DNA of 64,000 nt. Origin: an uncultured Chloroflexia bacterium (GTDB lineage: Bacteria; Chloroflexota; Limnocylindria; QHBO01). Below are positions 52,351 to 64,000 of this stretch, piece after piece (within the stretch, counting starts at the first letter, position 1; each line of letters starts with the position of its first letter). The notes under the pieces are model-generated. The model did no database searches. It was given only the letters and a program-made list of their open reading frames with translations, and had not been told where the DNA came from. Position numbers and translations under genes: made by a program. The DNA lies in NCBI GenBank assembly GCA_963783725.1, contig CAWAOJ010000002.1, positions 2,153,662 through 2,217,661 of the forward strand, given 5' to 3'.

Positions 52351-52493
52351 TGGCCGCGATTCTAGTGGCGCGCCGGAGCGCCCGACCCGTCGCCGCCGCC
52401 AGCGGCGCGCGGTCGTTCGCACGTCGAACCAATACCCGATACAGTCCTCTGCGGTCGGGCCACCGAACGGGCAGGACGAGGAAGCGACGAAGC

Positions 52494-55111
52494 ATGCGCA
52501 AGCGACTGGCGGCGATCGGGCTGGGCGTCATCGGCCTTGGCGTGCCGCTGCTCGTGGCGTGGTTCGCGCGCCGCGACCGGCACCCGGACGGCGTCACCGA
52601 CCCGGCTCCGGGCCCCGCGCCCGCCTCCCTTGTCGTGGCCGACCCGCCGATGTCGTCCGGCGCCGCGACGCGTCCCCGCCCCGGGCGCGTTCGCATGGCG
52701 CCCAACGGACACGTGCTGGAGCCGCATCCGACGGGGCTCTTCGCCGCCATCGGTCGCTTCGACTACCGCTTCAGGAAGGTGCTGCCGGTCGTCGGCCTCG
52801 CGCTGGTCATCGGTCTGAACGTGTGGGCCGCCAACGCGGGCGGCAAGCTGATCCAGGGCGGCTGGGCGGTCGCCGGATCCGAGGAGCAGCAGGCGGCCAA
52901 GCTGATCGCCGACCGCTTCGGCGAGCAGCAGACGACGATGATCGTCGTCTACCGAGACCCGGCGCGGAACGCCGCCTCGCCGCAGTTCCAGCGCACGGTG
53001 GCCGACAGCCTCGCCGACGTGGCCAAGGACGCCGCGGTGGACAAGGTGACGACCTACGCCGATGCGCCCGACCCTCGCCTGTTGAGCCGCGATGGCAGCG
53101 CCACGCTGGCGCTGGTCACGCTCGACAAGCCGGTCGAGAGCTCGGTCGAGGATGCCGGGCGGCTCGCCGACAAGGTGCACGTGACGCAGGGCGTGACGAC
53201 GTACATCACCGGCATCCCGCAGCTCTACCACGAGTTCAACGCCAAGATCGAGCACGATCTCTTCCAGGCCGAGGCGGTGAGCCTGCCCATCGCGCTCGCG
53301 ATTCTGCTCATCGTGTTCGGGACGCTGGTCGGAGCGGCGCTGCCGCTGCTCATGGCGGCGCTTGCGCTGCCGTCCGCGTTCGCTGTCATCGACCTGCTCG
53401 CCGGCGTGACGGAGATGAGCATCTTCGTGACGAACATCGCCACCATGATCGGGCTGGCGCTGGCCATCGACTACTCGCTGTTCATGGTCAGCCGCTTCCG
53501 CGAGGAGCTGCGCCACCACGACGTCGAGATCGCCGTGGAGCGGATGATGGGCAGCGTCGGCAGGGCGGTCGCGGTCTCCGGCGTGGCGGTCGCCATCGGC
53601 CTGTCCAGCCTGGCCGTGTTCGAGGCGCCGGCGCTGCGCAGCATGGGCTGGGCCGGGATCGTCACCGTCGTCTCCACCCTGGTCTTCGGGCTCACCGTGC
53701 TGCCCGCCCTGCTCGGCATGCTCGGCCATCGGGTCAACCGGCTGCGTGTTCCGCTGCCCCGCTTCCTGCGCGGCATGGAGGACGACCCCGACGCCGCCGA
53801 CGCGCGCCAGGGTCACGGCGTGTGGGGCTGGATCGCCGCCCGCGTGATGCGTCGGCCGGTGCTCATCGCCGTGCCCGTGCTCGCCTTCCTGCTCCTCCTC
53901 GGCTCCCCGTTCCTCTCGATCCAGCTGTCGACCGGCCAGAACCTGGAGGATCTGCCCAAGACGCCGGCGCGGACCGGGTTCGAGGTCGTCGTCAACGAGT
54001 TCCCCGGGGGGCAGAGCGACCCGCTGACGGTCGCGGTGACCTGGCCCGAAGCGCGAACCTCGCCGACGGGATCGCGCCTGACCGCGTTGCCGCCCTCGCC
54101 GACTATGCCGCGGCACTGCACCGCGTGAAGGGCGTCAGCGAAGTCGAGAGCGTGGTGGACCCGCCGCCGGGAGCCGACGCGACGCAGTACCGGGCGCTGC
54201 TCGCGACGCCTCGCGCCCAGTGGCCGGCGCAGATGCGGCCGCGGCTCGAACCGTACGTGGACACCTACGTCGCGGGGGACACGACAGTGGTGACCGTCTT
54301 CAGCACGCAGCTGCCCGACTCCGCCGAGGGCCGCGACCTTGTCGACGCCCTGCGGGCGGTACCCCCACCCGACGGGGCGCAGGTGCTGACCGGCGGACTC
54401 TCCAGCCGCTCGCACGACTTCATGGAGAGCTTCCGCCACGCGGTGCCCGTCGCGGTGCTGATCGTGGTCGCGGTGACCGGCGGCGTCCTGTTCCTGACCT
54501 TCGGCTCCATCTTCCTGCCGGTCAAGGCGGTGCTCATGAGCCTGATGAGCGTCACCGCGTCATTCGGGGCGCTGGTCTGGATCTTCCAGCAGGGCCACCT
54601 CTCCTCGTTGCTCGGTTTCGAGGCGGGTGGCACCACGGCCGCCTGGCTGCCGCTGATCATGTTCGCCATCCTGTTCGGGCTGTCGATGGACTACGAGGTG
54701 CTGCTCCTGTCGCGCATCCGCGAGCGCTACCTGGCGACCGGCGACAACACGCGAGCCGTCGCGGAGGGGATCGGGATCACGGGCGGGATCATCACCGGCG
54801 CGGCGCTGATCATGGTCGCCGTCTTCGCCGCATTCGCCCTTTCGACCATCACCTTCATCAAGGCGCTGGGCTTCTCCATGGCGCTGGCCGTGCTGATCGA
54901 CGCGACCGTCGTGCGCGGCCTGCTGGTTCCCGCCTTCATGCGGGTCATGGGCCGCATCAACTGGTGGGCGCCACGCTGGGTGCAGCGCGCCGTCGCCCGC
55001 CTCGGGCTGTACGAGGGCCCGGTCGTGATCGAGCGCGTCGCCGGCGACGCTCGTGGCGGAGCCGCCCCCCGTGGCCGGCTGAGCCCTCGTCGCGGCACGC
55101 CGCTGCGCTAG
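52494..55111 (+). CDS. MMPL/RND family transporter; frameshift near 54055
   Basis: 'IGLALAIDYSLFMVSRFREE', 'FGLSMDYEVLLLSRIRE', 'IITGAALIM', 'DATVVR..LVPA'. Confidence 0.92.
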
Positions 55112-55120
55112 GCTGCGCTG

Positions 55121-55750
55121 GTGACCCAGTTCAGCGCGGCGACGCCTCAGTGGGCTCGTGCGCTGGTGGCGGAGGTCTGCTCCGCGGTCGCGGTCGCACC
55201 CCCCGCGCGCGTGCGCTGGATGCGCCGCGCGCGATCCACCTCGTCCGGCGTCACGCGCCGCCACCTCGACTCCATATCGGTCGTCGCCGGCACCGATGCG
55301 CTGGACCAGCGCCACACCCTGCTGCACGAGCTGGCGCACTGGTTGACCCCGGCCCCCATCCGTCGCGTCCGCCGCTCCCGCGGGGTGGCTCACCACGACC
55401 GCCGGTTCTACGCGGCCGCCTTCGCGCTGTACCTGGCACACGGCTTCACGGCCGCCGATGCGCTGGCCCGCGAGGCGAGCCGCTACCCGAGCTCGCTGCG
55501 TCACGCCGTGGCGCTCGGCGTTCCGGGGGCGGAGACGGCCGCGCGCGAGCGGCGAGGCACGCTCCGCGCCCGCGCCGCGGCACGCGCGCCGATGCGCGTC
55601 CTCGTCGCCGAGCATCGCATCCGCCTGGTGAGAGACGGCCGCTGGACGGTGTGCGAGGTGTGCGGCCATCGGATCGTTGGCCCGAATCTGGCGCGCCTTC
55701 GGCGCCGAGGCGGCCGTCACACGCTGCTCACGCGCGAAGCAGCCTCCTGA
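55121..55750 (+). CDS. hypothetical zinc metalloprotein (HExxH, SprT/M48-like) with C-terminal CxxC
   Basis: 'TLLHELAH', 'HHDRRF', 'CEVCGH'. Confidence 0.6.
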   Translation: MTQFSAATPQWARALVAEVCSAVAVAPPARVRWMRRARSTSSGVTRRHLDSISVVAGTDALDQRHTLLHELAHWLTPAPIRRVRRSRGVAHHDRRFYAAAFALYLAHGFTAADALAREASRYPSSLRHAVALGVPGAETAARERRGTLRARAAARAPMRVLVAEHRIRLVRDGRWTVCEVCGHRIVGPNLARLRRRGGRHTLLTREAAS

Positions 55751-55886
55751 GTCTAGCAGGTCGAGCTCGCGCTCGGAGGGCGCGTCAGGGCCGACGGCTC
55801 GGAGTCGGATCGCGCGACAGGCGGCGGCGGCCCGATCGAGTTCGTGGTCGGGCTCGTCCGCCGCCTCGTCGCATAGAGCGCGGAGG

Positions 55887-56223
55887 CTACTTCTGCTTCG
55901 CGGTCGAGCTCTTCTTGGCGCCGGCCGCCTTCTTCGCCGGCGCGCTCTTCTTCGCCGGTCGAGCTCTTCTTGGCGGTCGAGCTCCTCTTGGCGGTGGCGC
56001 TCCTGGCGGCGCTGGCGCTCGTCGTGCTCTTCTTCGCGCCCGTGCTGCTGGAGCCGCTTGAGCTGGAGCCGCTGCTGCGGCGGCGCTTCGGCTTGTCGTC
56101 GCCGCCGATCGGCAGCGCGTCGCCCACGGCCTTGGTGGCGTCCTTTGCGGCTCCGGCGACGTTCCCCGCAACCTTGCCGACGGTCTTGCCGACGCTCTTC
56201 ATGATCGATCCGGGATCTGGCAT
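55887..56223 (-). CDS. Lys/Ala/Ser-rich histone-H1-like basic protein; frameshift near 55955
   Basis: AGGAGG RBS; 'AKKSTT..AKRSSTAKKSST/AKKSAPAKKAAGAKKSSTAKQK*'. Confidence 0.65.
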
Positions 56224-56302
56224 CTTCATCCTCCTGGTCGCCGCCTGGTTACCGGACGGTCGACCGCTGGGCAAAGCACGCGCCGTGCCTGCCCGTGGGG
56301 CG

Positions 56303-56545
56303 TCACCCCGCGTCGATGCCGGTCTGGATGTCGTCGCGGCTGAGCTGGAGCTTGACGCTGCCCTCGGCGGCGCTCTCGACGTCGTCGAAGGCGACCTCGA
56401 TCACGTTGCCGGCGCCGGTGACGCTCGAGACGGTGAAGCTGACGTCGCCGACCGCGTCGACCACGCCGAGCGTCTCGTCATCGGCCGTGATGACGTCCCA
56501 GCCGGTTTGGATCTCGTGGCTGGCGATCTCGTCGAGCTCGTCCAT
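56303..56545 (-). CDS. small acidic PRC-barrel/DUF2171-like protein
   Basis: 'IQTGWDVITADDETLGVVDAV', 'V.LQLSRDD'. Confidence 0.65.
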   Translation of the reverse strand: MDELDEIASHEIQTGWDVITADDETLGVVDAVGDVSFTVSSVTGAGNVIEVAFDDVESAAEGSVKLQLSRDDIQTGIDAG

Positions 56546-56616
56546 GTGGCGCCGTAATGCAAGAGCCGGACCGATGCGGCCCGGGGCGACGAGGGCACCA
56601 TCGGCGCCGGACACGT

Positions 56617-56647
56617 GATGAGGGCCGCCCGGCGGGCGGCCCTCATC
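56617..56647. terminator. GC-rich hairpin downstream of the 5'-nucleotidase gene
   Basis: GATGAGGGCCGCCC-GGC-GGGCGGCCCTCATC: 14-bp perfect stem, 20 bp after the stop; no U-tract. Confidence 0.6.
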
Positions 56648-56667
56648 GGTCTGCGGGAAGCGCGCGC

Positions 56668-58401
56668 CTACGGGGCGAGCGCGATCCGGGTGAGCGGCGG
56701 GGGAGCGATCGGCGAGTTCGCCTCGAAGTACGCCACCAGCGCATCGAGGTCGTTCGGGCCGACCACCTTGTTGGTCCCGAGCCTGAACGTCGTGAAGTTG
56801 TCGCCGCCGCCGGCCACGAACTCGTTCGCGGTGACCCGGTAGGTCGTGGCGTCGTCGAGGGGTGCGCCGTTCAGCATCACGTTCGAAACCCTTGAGCCGA
56901 TGGCGGCCGCGGGATTCCACGAGTAGCTGAAGTTCGAGGAGACCGACAGGATCCGGTTCTCACCCGGACCCGGGTTGTCGAACTGCTGCTCAAGCACGGT
57001 CTTGATCTGCGCACCGGTCAGGTCGAGCGTGTTCAGCGCGTTGCCGAACGGCTGCACGGCGAACAGGTCGCCGTACGTCACCGGGCATGCGGCCGTCGTG
57101 CAGGTCACATCGGCCCGGATGCCGCCGGGGTTCATGAAGGCGACCTGCGCACCGAACTCGTTGTCGGTGGCCGCCAGCTGCGCGTCGGCGATGACGTCGC
57201 CGAGCGCCGACTCACCGGCCGGCGTCGTCGCGCGGGTGAGCCCATCGGGATCCGCCACGCTGCCGACGACCTGGTTCTTGATGGCCGAGATGAGCCCGTT
57301 GTACTTCGCCACGATGGCGGTCTCGGCCGGGTCGGGAGTGACGTCGCGCGTGACGATCACGTTGTCCGCCGACGCCGAAACGACGTCCTTGGTGGCTCGG
57401 TCGAGCTTCAGCTCGACATCGGTCACCAGGCGCCCGAACGAGCTGCCGGAGGTGACGAGCATGTCCTTGCCGCCCGCGTTGGGCAGCTCGCAGTTGTACG
57501 CCTGGTGGGTGTGCCCGCTGAGGACGACGTCCACGTCGGGGTCGAGCGCGGCGGTGATGCCGACGACGGCGCCGCTGATCCCGTCACAGTCGTTGATCGT
57601 GCCGGGCGGCAGCGTCTGGAAGCCGCCCTCGTGCAGCAGGATGACGAAGGTGTGGACGTTGTTCTTCTGCAGCTGATGGACGTAGGCGTTGATCGTGTCC
57701 GCCTCGGGCAGGAAGGTCAGTCCCGCCACGCCGGCCGGAGTGACGATGGTCGGGGTGCCCTGCAGGGTGAGGCCGATGAAGGCGACCTTGACGCCGCCGA
57801 CGTTGCGCACCTCATACGCCGGGAAGAGCGTCTTTCCGGTCGCGTTGACGACCACGTTGGCCGACAGGTACTCGAAGTTCGCCCCGCCGAAGGTACCGAA
57901 TGGGCAGCTGTCCACCGGCGCGGTCGGGCGGCAGCCGCCGTTCTGCATGCGCAGCAGCTCGGCCGAACCCTCGTCGAACTCGTGGTTGCCCACCGAGGAG
58001 ATGTCGAGCCCGAGCGCGTTGAGCGCCTCGATGGTCGGCTCGTCGTGGAAGTAGCCGCTGATCAGCGGGCTGGCGCCGATGTTGTCGCCGGCCGACACCG
58101 TCAGCGTGGTCGGATGTCCCTGCCGCAGCTGCGCGAGATGGGTGGCGAGGTACTCCACGCCGCCGGCGTTGACCGGCCCGTCGGGCGTGTTGATGCGTCC
58201 GCCGGATCCCGATGGCGGCTCGAGGTTGCCGTGGAAGTCGTTGATGGACAGCAGCTGAAGGTCGATCGATCGCGCCGCGAGGCCCGTCTGGCTGGTCGCG
58301 GCGGCGGGCATCGCCCACGCGATGGCCAGCGCGAGGGCCGCCAGCAGCGACGCCAGGCGGCGTCGAGCCGGTGCCTCGTGGGAGGGTCGAAGTAGGTTCA
58401 T
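56668..58401 (-). CDS. secreted bifunctional metallophosphatase/5'-nucleotidase
   Basis: Signal peptide; 'NDFHG', 'AGD', 'GNHEFD', 'YLSANV', 'LLHEG', 'SGHTH', 'NPGGIR', 'PFGN'. Confidence 0.94.
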   Translation of the reverse strand: MNLLRPSHEAPARRRLASLLAALALAIAWAMPAAATSQTGLAARSIDLQLLSINDFHGNLEPPSGSGGRINTPDGPVNAGGVEYLATHLAQLRQGHPTTLTVSAGDNIGASPLISGYFHDEPTIEALNALGLDISSVGNHEFDEGSAELLRMQNGGCRPTAPVDSCPFGTFGGANFEYLSANVVVNATGKTLFPAYEVRNVGGVKVAFIGLTLQGTPTIVTPAGVAGLTFLPEADTINAYVHQLQKNNVHTFVILLHEGGFQTLPPGTINDCDGISGAVVGITAALDPDVDVVLSGHTHQAYNCELPNAGGKDMLVTSGSSFGRLVTDVELKLDRATKDVVSASADNVIVTRDVTPDPAETAIVAKYNGLISAIKNQVVGSVADPDGLTRATTPAGESALGDVIADAQLAATDNEFGAQVAFMNPGGIRADVTCTTAACPVTYGDLFAVQPFGNALNTLDLTGAQIKTVLEQQFDNPGPGENRILSVSSNFSYSWNPAAAIGSRVSNVMLNGAPLDDATTYRVTANEFVAGGGDNFTTFRLGTNKVVGPNDLDALVAYFEANSPIAPPPLTRIALAP

Positions 58402-58606
58402 CACACGCCATCTCCTCTGTGGGCGAAGCCTGGAGCATGGCCGGCGGCCGGGGCGGGATGGGGCACTCAACTCGCGGCGGCACGCGGCGCATGCCTCGGA
58501 ATCAGGTCGGGTGATTGTAGGCCCGCGCTCCCGGGCGGCGGGCGTCTCGAAAGCGCGCAGGCGGTGCGCGGAGGCACCACACGGGACTTCGTTCGCGGGT
58601 TCGGTG

Positions 58607-58931
58607 TGCCGCGGAATTATCGCCGTGGCCGATGAAATCGCGTCGTTCCGCTGCCAGTCCGCCGCTGTGACGCGGAATTATCGGCGTGGCCGATGAAAAC
58701 GCGTCAATTGGATCCGGATGCCGCGGAATTATCGGCGTGGCCGATGAAAACGCGTCAATCCGCTCCGATCCCTTCGCTGTGACGCGGAATTATCGCCGTG
58801 ACCGATGAAATCGCGTCAATTGGATCCGGATGCCGCGGAATTATCGCCCGTGGCCGATGAAATCGCGTCATATCGGCTTGGAGCCCGCCGCTGTGACGCG
58901 GAATCATCGCCAGCACCGATGAGATCGCCCC
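58607..58931 (+). repeat. array 2 of the 39-bp imperfect palindrome (6 units, last degenerate)
   Basis: Core TGMCGCGGAATTATCGSCGTGGCCGATGAAAWCGCGTCA starting at 58607, 58668, 58719, 58780, 58831 and 58894; linkers 22, 12, 22, 12, 23 bp. Confidence 0.95.
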
Positions 58932-58992
58932 GGTGCCATTCCGACCCTCACTGCCCAGTGGACCGTGATGCGGAAACGGCTACCATGCCGCG

Positions 58993-59991
<999 letters not shown>

Positions 59992-60000
59992 CGACCCCGC

Positions 60001-60261
60001 TCATACGTCGCGGGGCTCGGTGCAGCCGAGGACGTCGTCGAGTCCCATGAACTCGATGAGCTGACGCAGCTCCGGCGAGGGACTTCCGAGGCACAGTCGG
60101 CAGCCGAGCCGTCGCGCACCGATGGCCAGCCTGGCGAGCGCCTCGACGGTCGCGACCTCGGGGCGCAGCGTCGCCGCGTCGCACACGACGACATACGCCT
60201 CGCGATCCGGCACGCGGCAGCCTCCTTCACCGGTCAGACCGCGGACCGGGCCCGAACTCAT
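60001..60261 (-). CDS. STAS domain protein
   Basis: 'VVCDAA', 'VEALARL', 'ARRLG', 'PSPELRQLIEFMGL'. Confidence 0.72.
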   Translation of the reverse strand: MSSGPVRGLTGEGGCRVPDREAYVVVCDAATLRPEVATVEALARLAIGARRLGCRLCLGSPSPELRQLIEFMGLDDVLGCTEPRDV

Positions 60262-60285
60262 CGACTCACGCGGCACAATGGCGGC

Positions 60286-63200
60286 GTGACGCTGTCCGAT
60301 GAACGCAGGCTCGTGACCGTCCTCTTCGCCGACCTGGTCGGATTCACGGGGCGGGCCGAGCAGAGCGACCCCGAGGCGGTGCGTGAGCTGCAGCGTCGCT
60401 ACTTCGGCGCGGTGTCGGCGGAGGTCGAGCGGTTCGGCGGGGCGGTCGAGAAGTACATCGGCGATGCCGTCATGGCGATTTTCGGCGCGCCGCAGGCGCA
60501 CGACGACGACGCCGAGCGGGCGCTGCGTTCCGCCATCGGCATCCGTCAGGCCGTCTCGGACGTCGACCCGGGCCTCGAGGTCCGCATCGGCGTCAACACC
60601 GGCGAGGTGGTGGGGGGCATGGGCACGGGCCCGCATTCCGCCGACTACACCGTCAGCGGCGACGCGGTCAACGTCGCGGCGCGCCTGCAGCAGAATGCGC
60701 AGCCCGGCGAGATCCTGGTCGGCGGCACGACGCGCGCGCTGAGCGCCGAGGCGTTCGCCTTCGCGCCGCTCGACGAGATGGCGTTGAAGGGGCATGCGCA
60801 GCCGATCGAAGCGTGGCGGCTGGAGCGCGAGCTCCCGAACCGGCCGCGCCTGCGCGGCGGTGAGGCACGCCTCGTCGGACGCGGCCGCGAGCTGGCGACC
60901 CTCGAGTCGGCCCTCGACGAGGCGGCGTCGGGTCGCGGCCTGATGGTCGCGCTCGTCGGCGAGGCGGGAATTGGCAAGAGCAGGCTGGCGCTCGAGACCC
61001 GCCGTCGGGCCGAGGCGGGCGGGTTCGCGACGGCGTGGACCACCTCGCGCTCCTACTCATCGGCGTTTCCCTATCACCTCCTGGCGCAGCTGGTTCATCA
61101 GCTCCTGCGCAGCGACGCCGGCGCATCGACCGCAGATGTGCTGCGCGCCCGGGGCGTCGCCGTGGACGACGAGACCCTCGAGCGCTGGGCGGCGGTGCTC
61201 GACGACGTGCTCGGCGAAGAGGGGAATGCCGCGCCGCTCGCCGACCTGTCGCCCGCGGGGCGGCAGCGGCTGCTCGTGCATGCGCTGTCGGGACTGCTGC
61301 GTGCCGTCGCCGCGCAACAGCCATGGCTGCTGATCCTCGATGACCTGCATTGGGCCGATCCGGCCAGCCTCGCGGTGGTCGAGGAGCTGCTGGACGTCAT
61401 CGTGGAGCTGCGGGTCGTGATCCTGGCGCTGTATCGGTCCGGCTGGACGCACGGTTGGGAGGCGAAGAGCTCGTACCAGCAGCTCAACCTTCGCGCGCTG
61501 CGCATCGAGGAGGCGCGCGAGATGGCGCGCGAGCTGTTGATCGGGACCGATGCTCCGGCCGACCTCACCGACCGCGTCCTCGAGCGATCGGCGGGCAACC
61601 CGTTCTTCCTCGAGGAGCTGCTGCGCGGCGACCAGTCCCAGTCTCTGAACGCGGATGCGCCGCGGCGACTGCCGGAGTCGATCCACGAGATGCTGCTCGC
61701 GCGGCTCGACGCGCTGCCCGCGGAGGTGCGGCAGCTGCTGCAGCTGGCGTCGGTGATCGGAATGGAGTTCCCGTATGCGGTTGTGGCCGCCCTTGGCACC
61801 GAGGACTCGAACGCCACGGAGATGGACGTGGATGGGGCGCTGCGCACCCTCCAGCGCGCCGAGCTGATCGTGCCGCGTGGCGTGGAGGAGGGAGAGCGAA
61901 TGCTCGCCTTTCGGCATCCACTCATCCACGAGGTCGCGTATCGCAGCCTGCTGCTCAGCACGCGACGATCGCTCCACGGGCGCATCGCGCGCTGGCTGGA
62001 GATGCACGGCGGGGAGGAGCTGCTCTCGCAGCTCGCGCTGCACTACCGCGACAGCGACGACGCCGCAAAGGCGCGCGAGTACCTCCCATTGGCCGCGCAG
62101 CGTGCCGAGAGCCTCAACGCGACCCGCGAGGCCCACGGCTGGTACATGGATGCCGCCACCGCCTTTGGCGACGACCCCGTTCGCCGGGCGGAGATGATGG
62201 AGGCGGCGGCCCGCCAGACCTACCTCGGTGGCGATGTTCCGACCGCAATCGAGATCCAGCGCCGCGCGATCGACCTGTACGCATCCGCCGGCGCGGAGGT
62301 CGCCGCCCTCAACGGGCGGCGGGTCCTCGGCCGCTACTACTGGCTGAACGGCATGCCGGCGGACTCGGAGGAGCAGAACCAGCTGGCCATCACCGGCCTT
62401 GAGCGGCTGCCACCGAGCCCCGAGCTCGCGTACGCGTACAGCTTTCGCGCCCAGATGCTGATGCTGAAGCCGGATTCGGCCGCCGGTGCCGAATGGGCCC
62501 GCAAGGCGATCTCGGTCGCGCGAGGCGACCGGCGCCACGGGAGCGCTCGTGCACGCCTACAACAATCTCGGCACGTCGCTCAATGGGCTCGGCGATCCGC
62601 GCTGGGCCGATCACCTGCGCCGAAGCCTGGCGCTGGCGCTCGAATACAGCCTGACCGATGACGCCGGTCGCGCCTACGCGAACCTGATCAACCAGGGCTA
62701 CCGCATCAGCCCGTTCGGCTTCGAGGAGGCGGAGGCGCTGCTCCGCGAAGCGACCGCATACGCGCAGCGGACGATTCCGGGCGGCGTCTTCGACCAGTGG
62801 ATTCGGTCGGGTCACGCCGAGTTCCTGATGCTGACCTGCCGCTGGAGCGAGGCGGAGCGGGTCATCGAGGGCATGGACTGGACGCGGGCCGGCCTCTACA
62901 TTCAGGCGTCCATCGACACCCTGCGCAGCCACCTCGCCTTCTATCGCGGGCAGTTCGAGGATGCGGAAGCACTCGTGGCAGAGGCGGCCGACAACGTCCT
63001 GCAGATCGGCGACCTGCAGGCAGTCCTGCCGACGCTCCTCGCAATGGCGCAGGCGCAGGCGGCGCTCCGCAAGACCGATTCCTTCGTGCGGACGCTGAGG
63101 CGCGCGATCGAGACGCGCGGCTCGACGGTGGAGCTCTCGCTCAGCTCATGGTTCCTGTTCGAAGCCGTGGACACGTTGGCCGGGCTTGCCACCGCCGACG

Positions 63201-63577
63201 CGGATGCCCAGGCGATCCGTACCGGGGCCGAGCTCCTCGACCGGCTGGGCGTCCAAGTGCGGGAGGATCTGCTGTCCGCGGCCGGTCGCACTGCCGCCGA
63301 CGTCGGCAGAGCGCTCTTCGGCGCTGCGGTCGAGCAGCTGGGCGCGCTGGCTCGCCGGACGGGCATGGAGGTGCCTCGGGTGAGCGGCGACCGGTTCCCG
63401 GGCCGCGTCGAGGCGATCAGCGTCCTCGAGCGGGAGCATCGCTGCTTCGATGCGGCGCGCGTGCGCCTGTGGCTCGCCGAGGACGGTCACCCCGACATGG
63501 CCGAGCCGGCACGCTCCACCTTCGCCGGCCTGGGAGCGCACGCCTTCCTGACGCGCGCGACGGCCATACGCGGCTGA
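60286..63577 (+). CDS. class III cyclase + AAA/STAND ATPase + TPR-like signalling protein; frameshift near 62520
   Basis: 'ERRLVTVLFADLVGFT', 'KYIGDAVMA', 'GDAVNVAARL', 'LVGR', 'GEAGIGKS', 'LDDLHWAD', 'GNPFFLEE', 'FRHPLIHEVAY'. Confidence 0.92.
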
Positions 63578-63635
63578 GCCCGCGGCAGCGAGCAGGCGGC
63601 GCGGGAGCGAGCCTGGAAGGCGGCGCGAATCGGGC

Positions 63636-64000
63636 TCAGCGCTGGTCGAGGATCTCGGCGAGCGGCGCCGTCACCTCGCGACCATCCATCCCCGGCAGCT
63701 TCTCAGCGGCGTCCGCGACGCGCTCTGCCTCTCCCCGAATGGCGTGCGTGCCGCTGCGCCGGGAGCGCGGCGTGCAGCGTCGCCAGCGAGACGGCGAGGT
63801 GGCGCATCACGACCGGCATCTCCGCTCCGAAGTGCCGCACCTGGTCGAAGGCCTGCCGAAGCAGCGAGTCGAACCCAGGCAGCTGCACGGCCAAACGGGC
63901 GACGTCTTCGTCATCGGTGATCATCAGCGGCGGATCGTCGCGGCGGCCGACCGCCACGAGCACCTGCGTCAGCCGATCCACGCACTGGGTGGCCGTGGTC
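63636..64000 (-). CDS. DUF2254-like protein, C-terminal part (runs off the window; frameshift near 63745)
   Basis: 'TTATQCVDRL', 'AFDQVRHFG'; an alternate frame continues to a TGA at 63636. Confidence 0.65.

Noticed and set aside
55753..55886. Possible small ORF between the HExxH gene and the basic-protein gene
   Set aside because: No convincing start, RBS or motif in any frame.
58607..58931. CRISPR array, TIGR array, integron attC cluster or hammerhead repeats
   Set aside because: The 12-bp linkers are identical. There are no RYYYAAC/GTTRRRY ends or cassette ORFs, no adjacent Nop-domain or integrase gene, and no complete CUGAUGA...GAAA core.
60286..63577. STAND ATPase as an anti-phage Avs system
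   Set aside because: The N-terminal domain is a class III cyclase in a common signalling architecture, and there is no defence-island context.

Overview
A very GC-rich, gene-dense bacterial chromosomal segment. The gene content and leaderless promoters are compatible with an uncultured Chloroflexota (e.g. Ca. Limnocylindria) or an actinobacterium-like lineage; this is inference only. About 70 CDS are visible: panB-panC with a DUF2520 reductase, an aldehyde dehydrogenase and a beta-decarboxylating dehydrogenase, an HxlR/HtrA-like protease locus, a Fur-NiCoT-ureohydrolase locus, an ExeM-type nuclease, two ABC-2 exporters, corA, a PPOX-MenA fusion, an aa3-type oxidase cluster, ispG, a four-gene ketosynthase/cyclase/flavoprotein/methyltransferase operon, trxB, an MmpL transporter, a 5'-nucleotidase, an ECF sigma factor and two class III nucleotide cyclases. 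About 15 genes carry single-base frameshifts that look like long-read assembly errors. No rRNA, tRNA, cas, integrase or transposase gene was recognised. The most unusual signal is a family of 39-bp imperfect palindromes (7-4-7-3-7-4-7 hairpin). It occurs as two six-unit intergenic arrays (12300-12647, 58607-58931) and one solo copy (21222-21260), all on the same strand, with unit periods of 51/61/71 bp, i.e. steps of about one helical turn. Other leads are a CoxB fused to a type-1 blue-copper domain, the split-barrel/MenA fusion, and the ACP-less mini polyketide-like operon.
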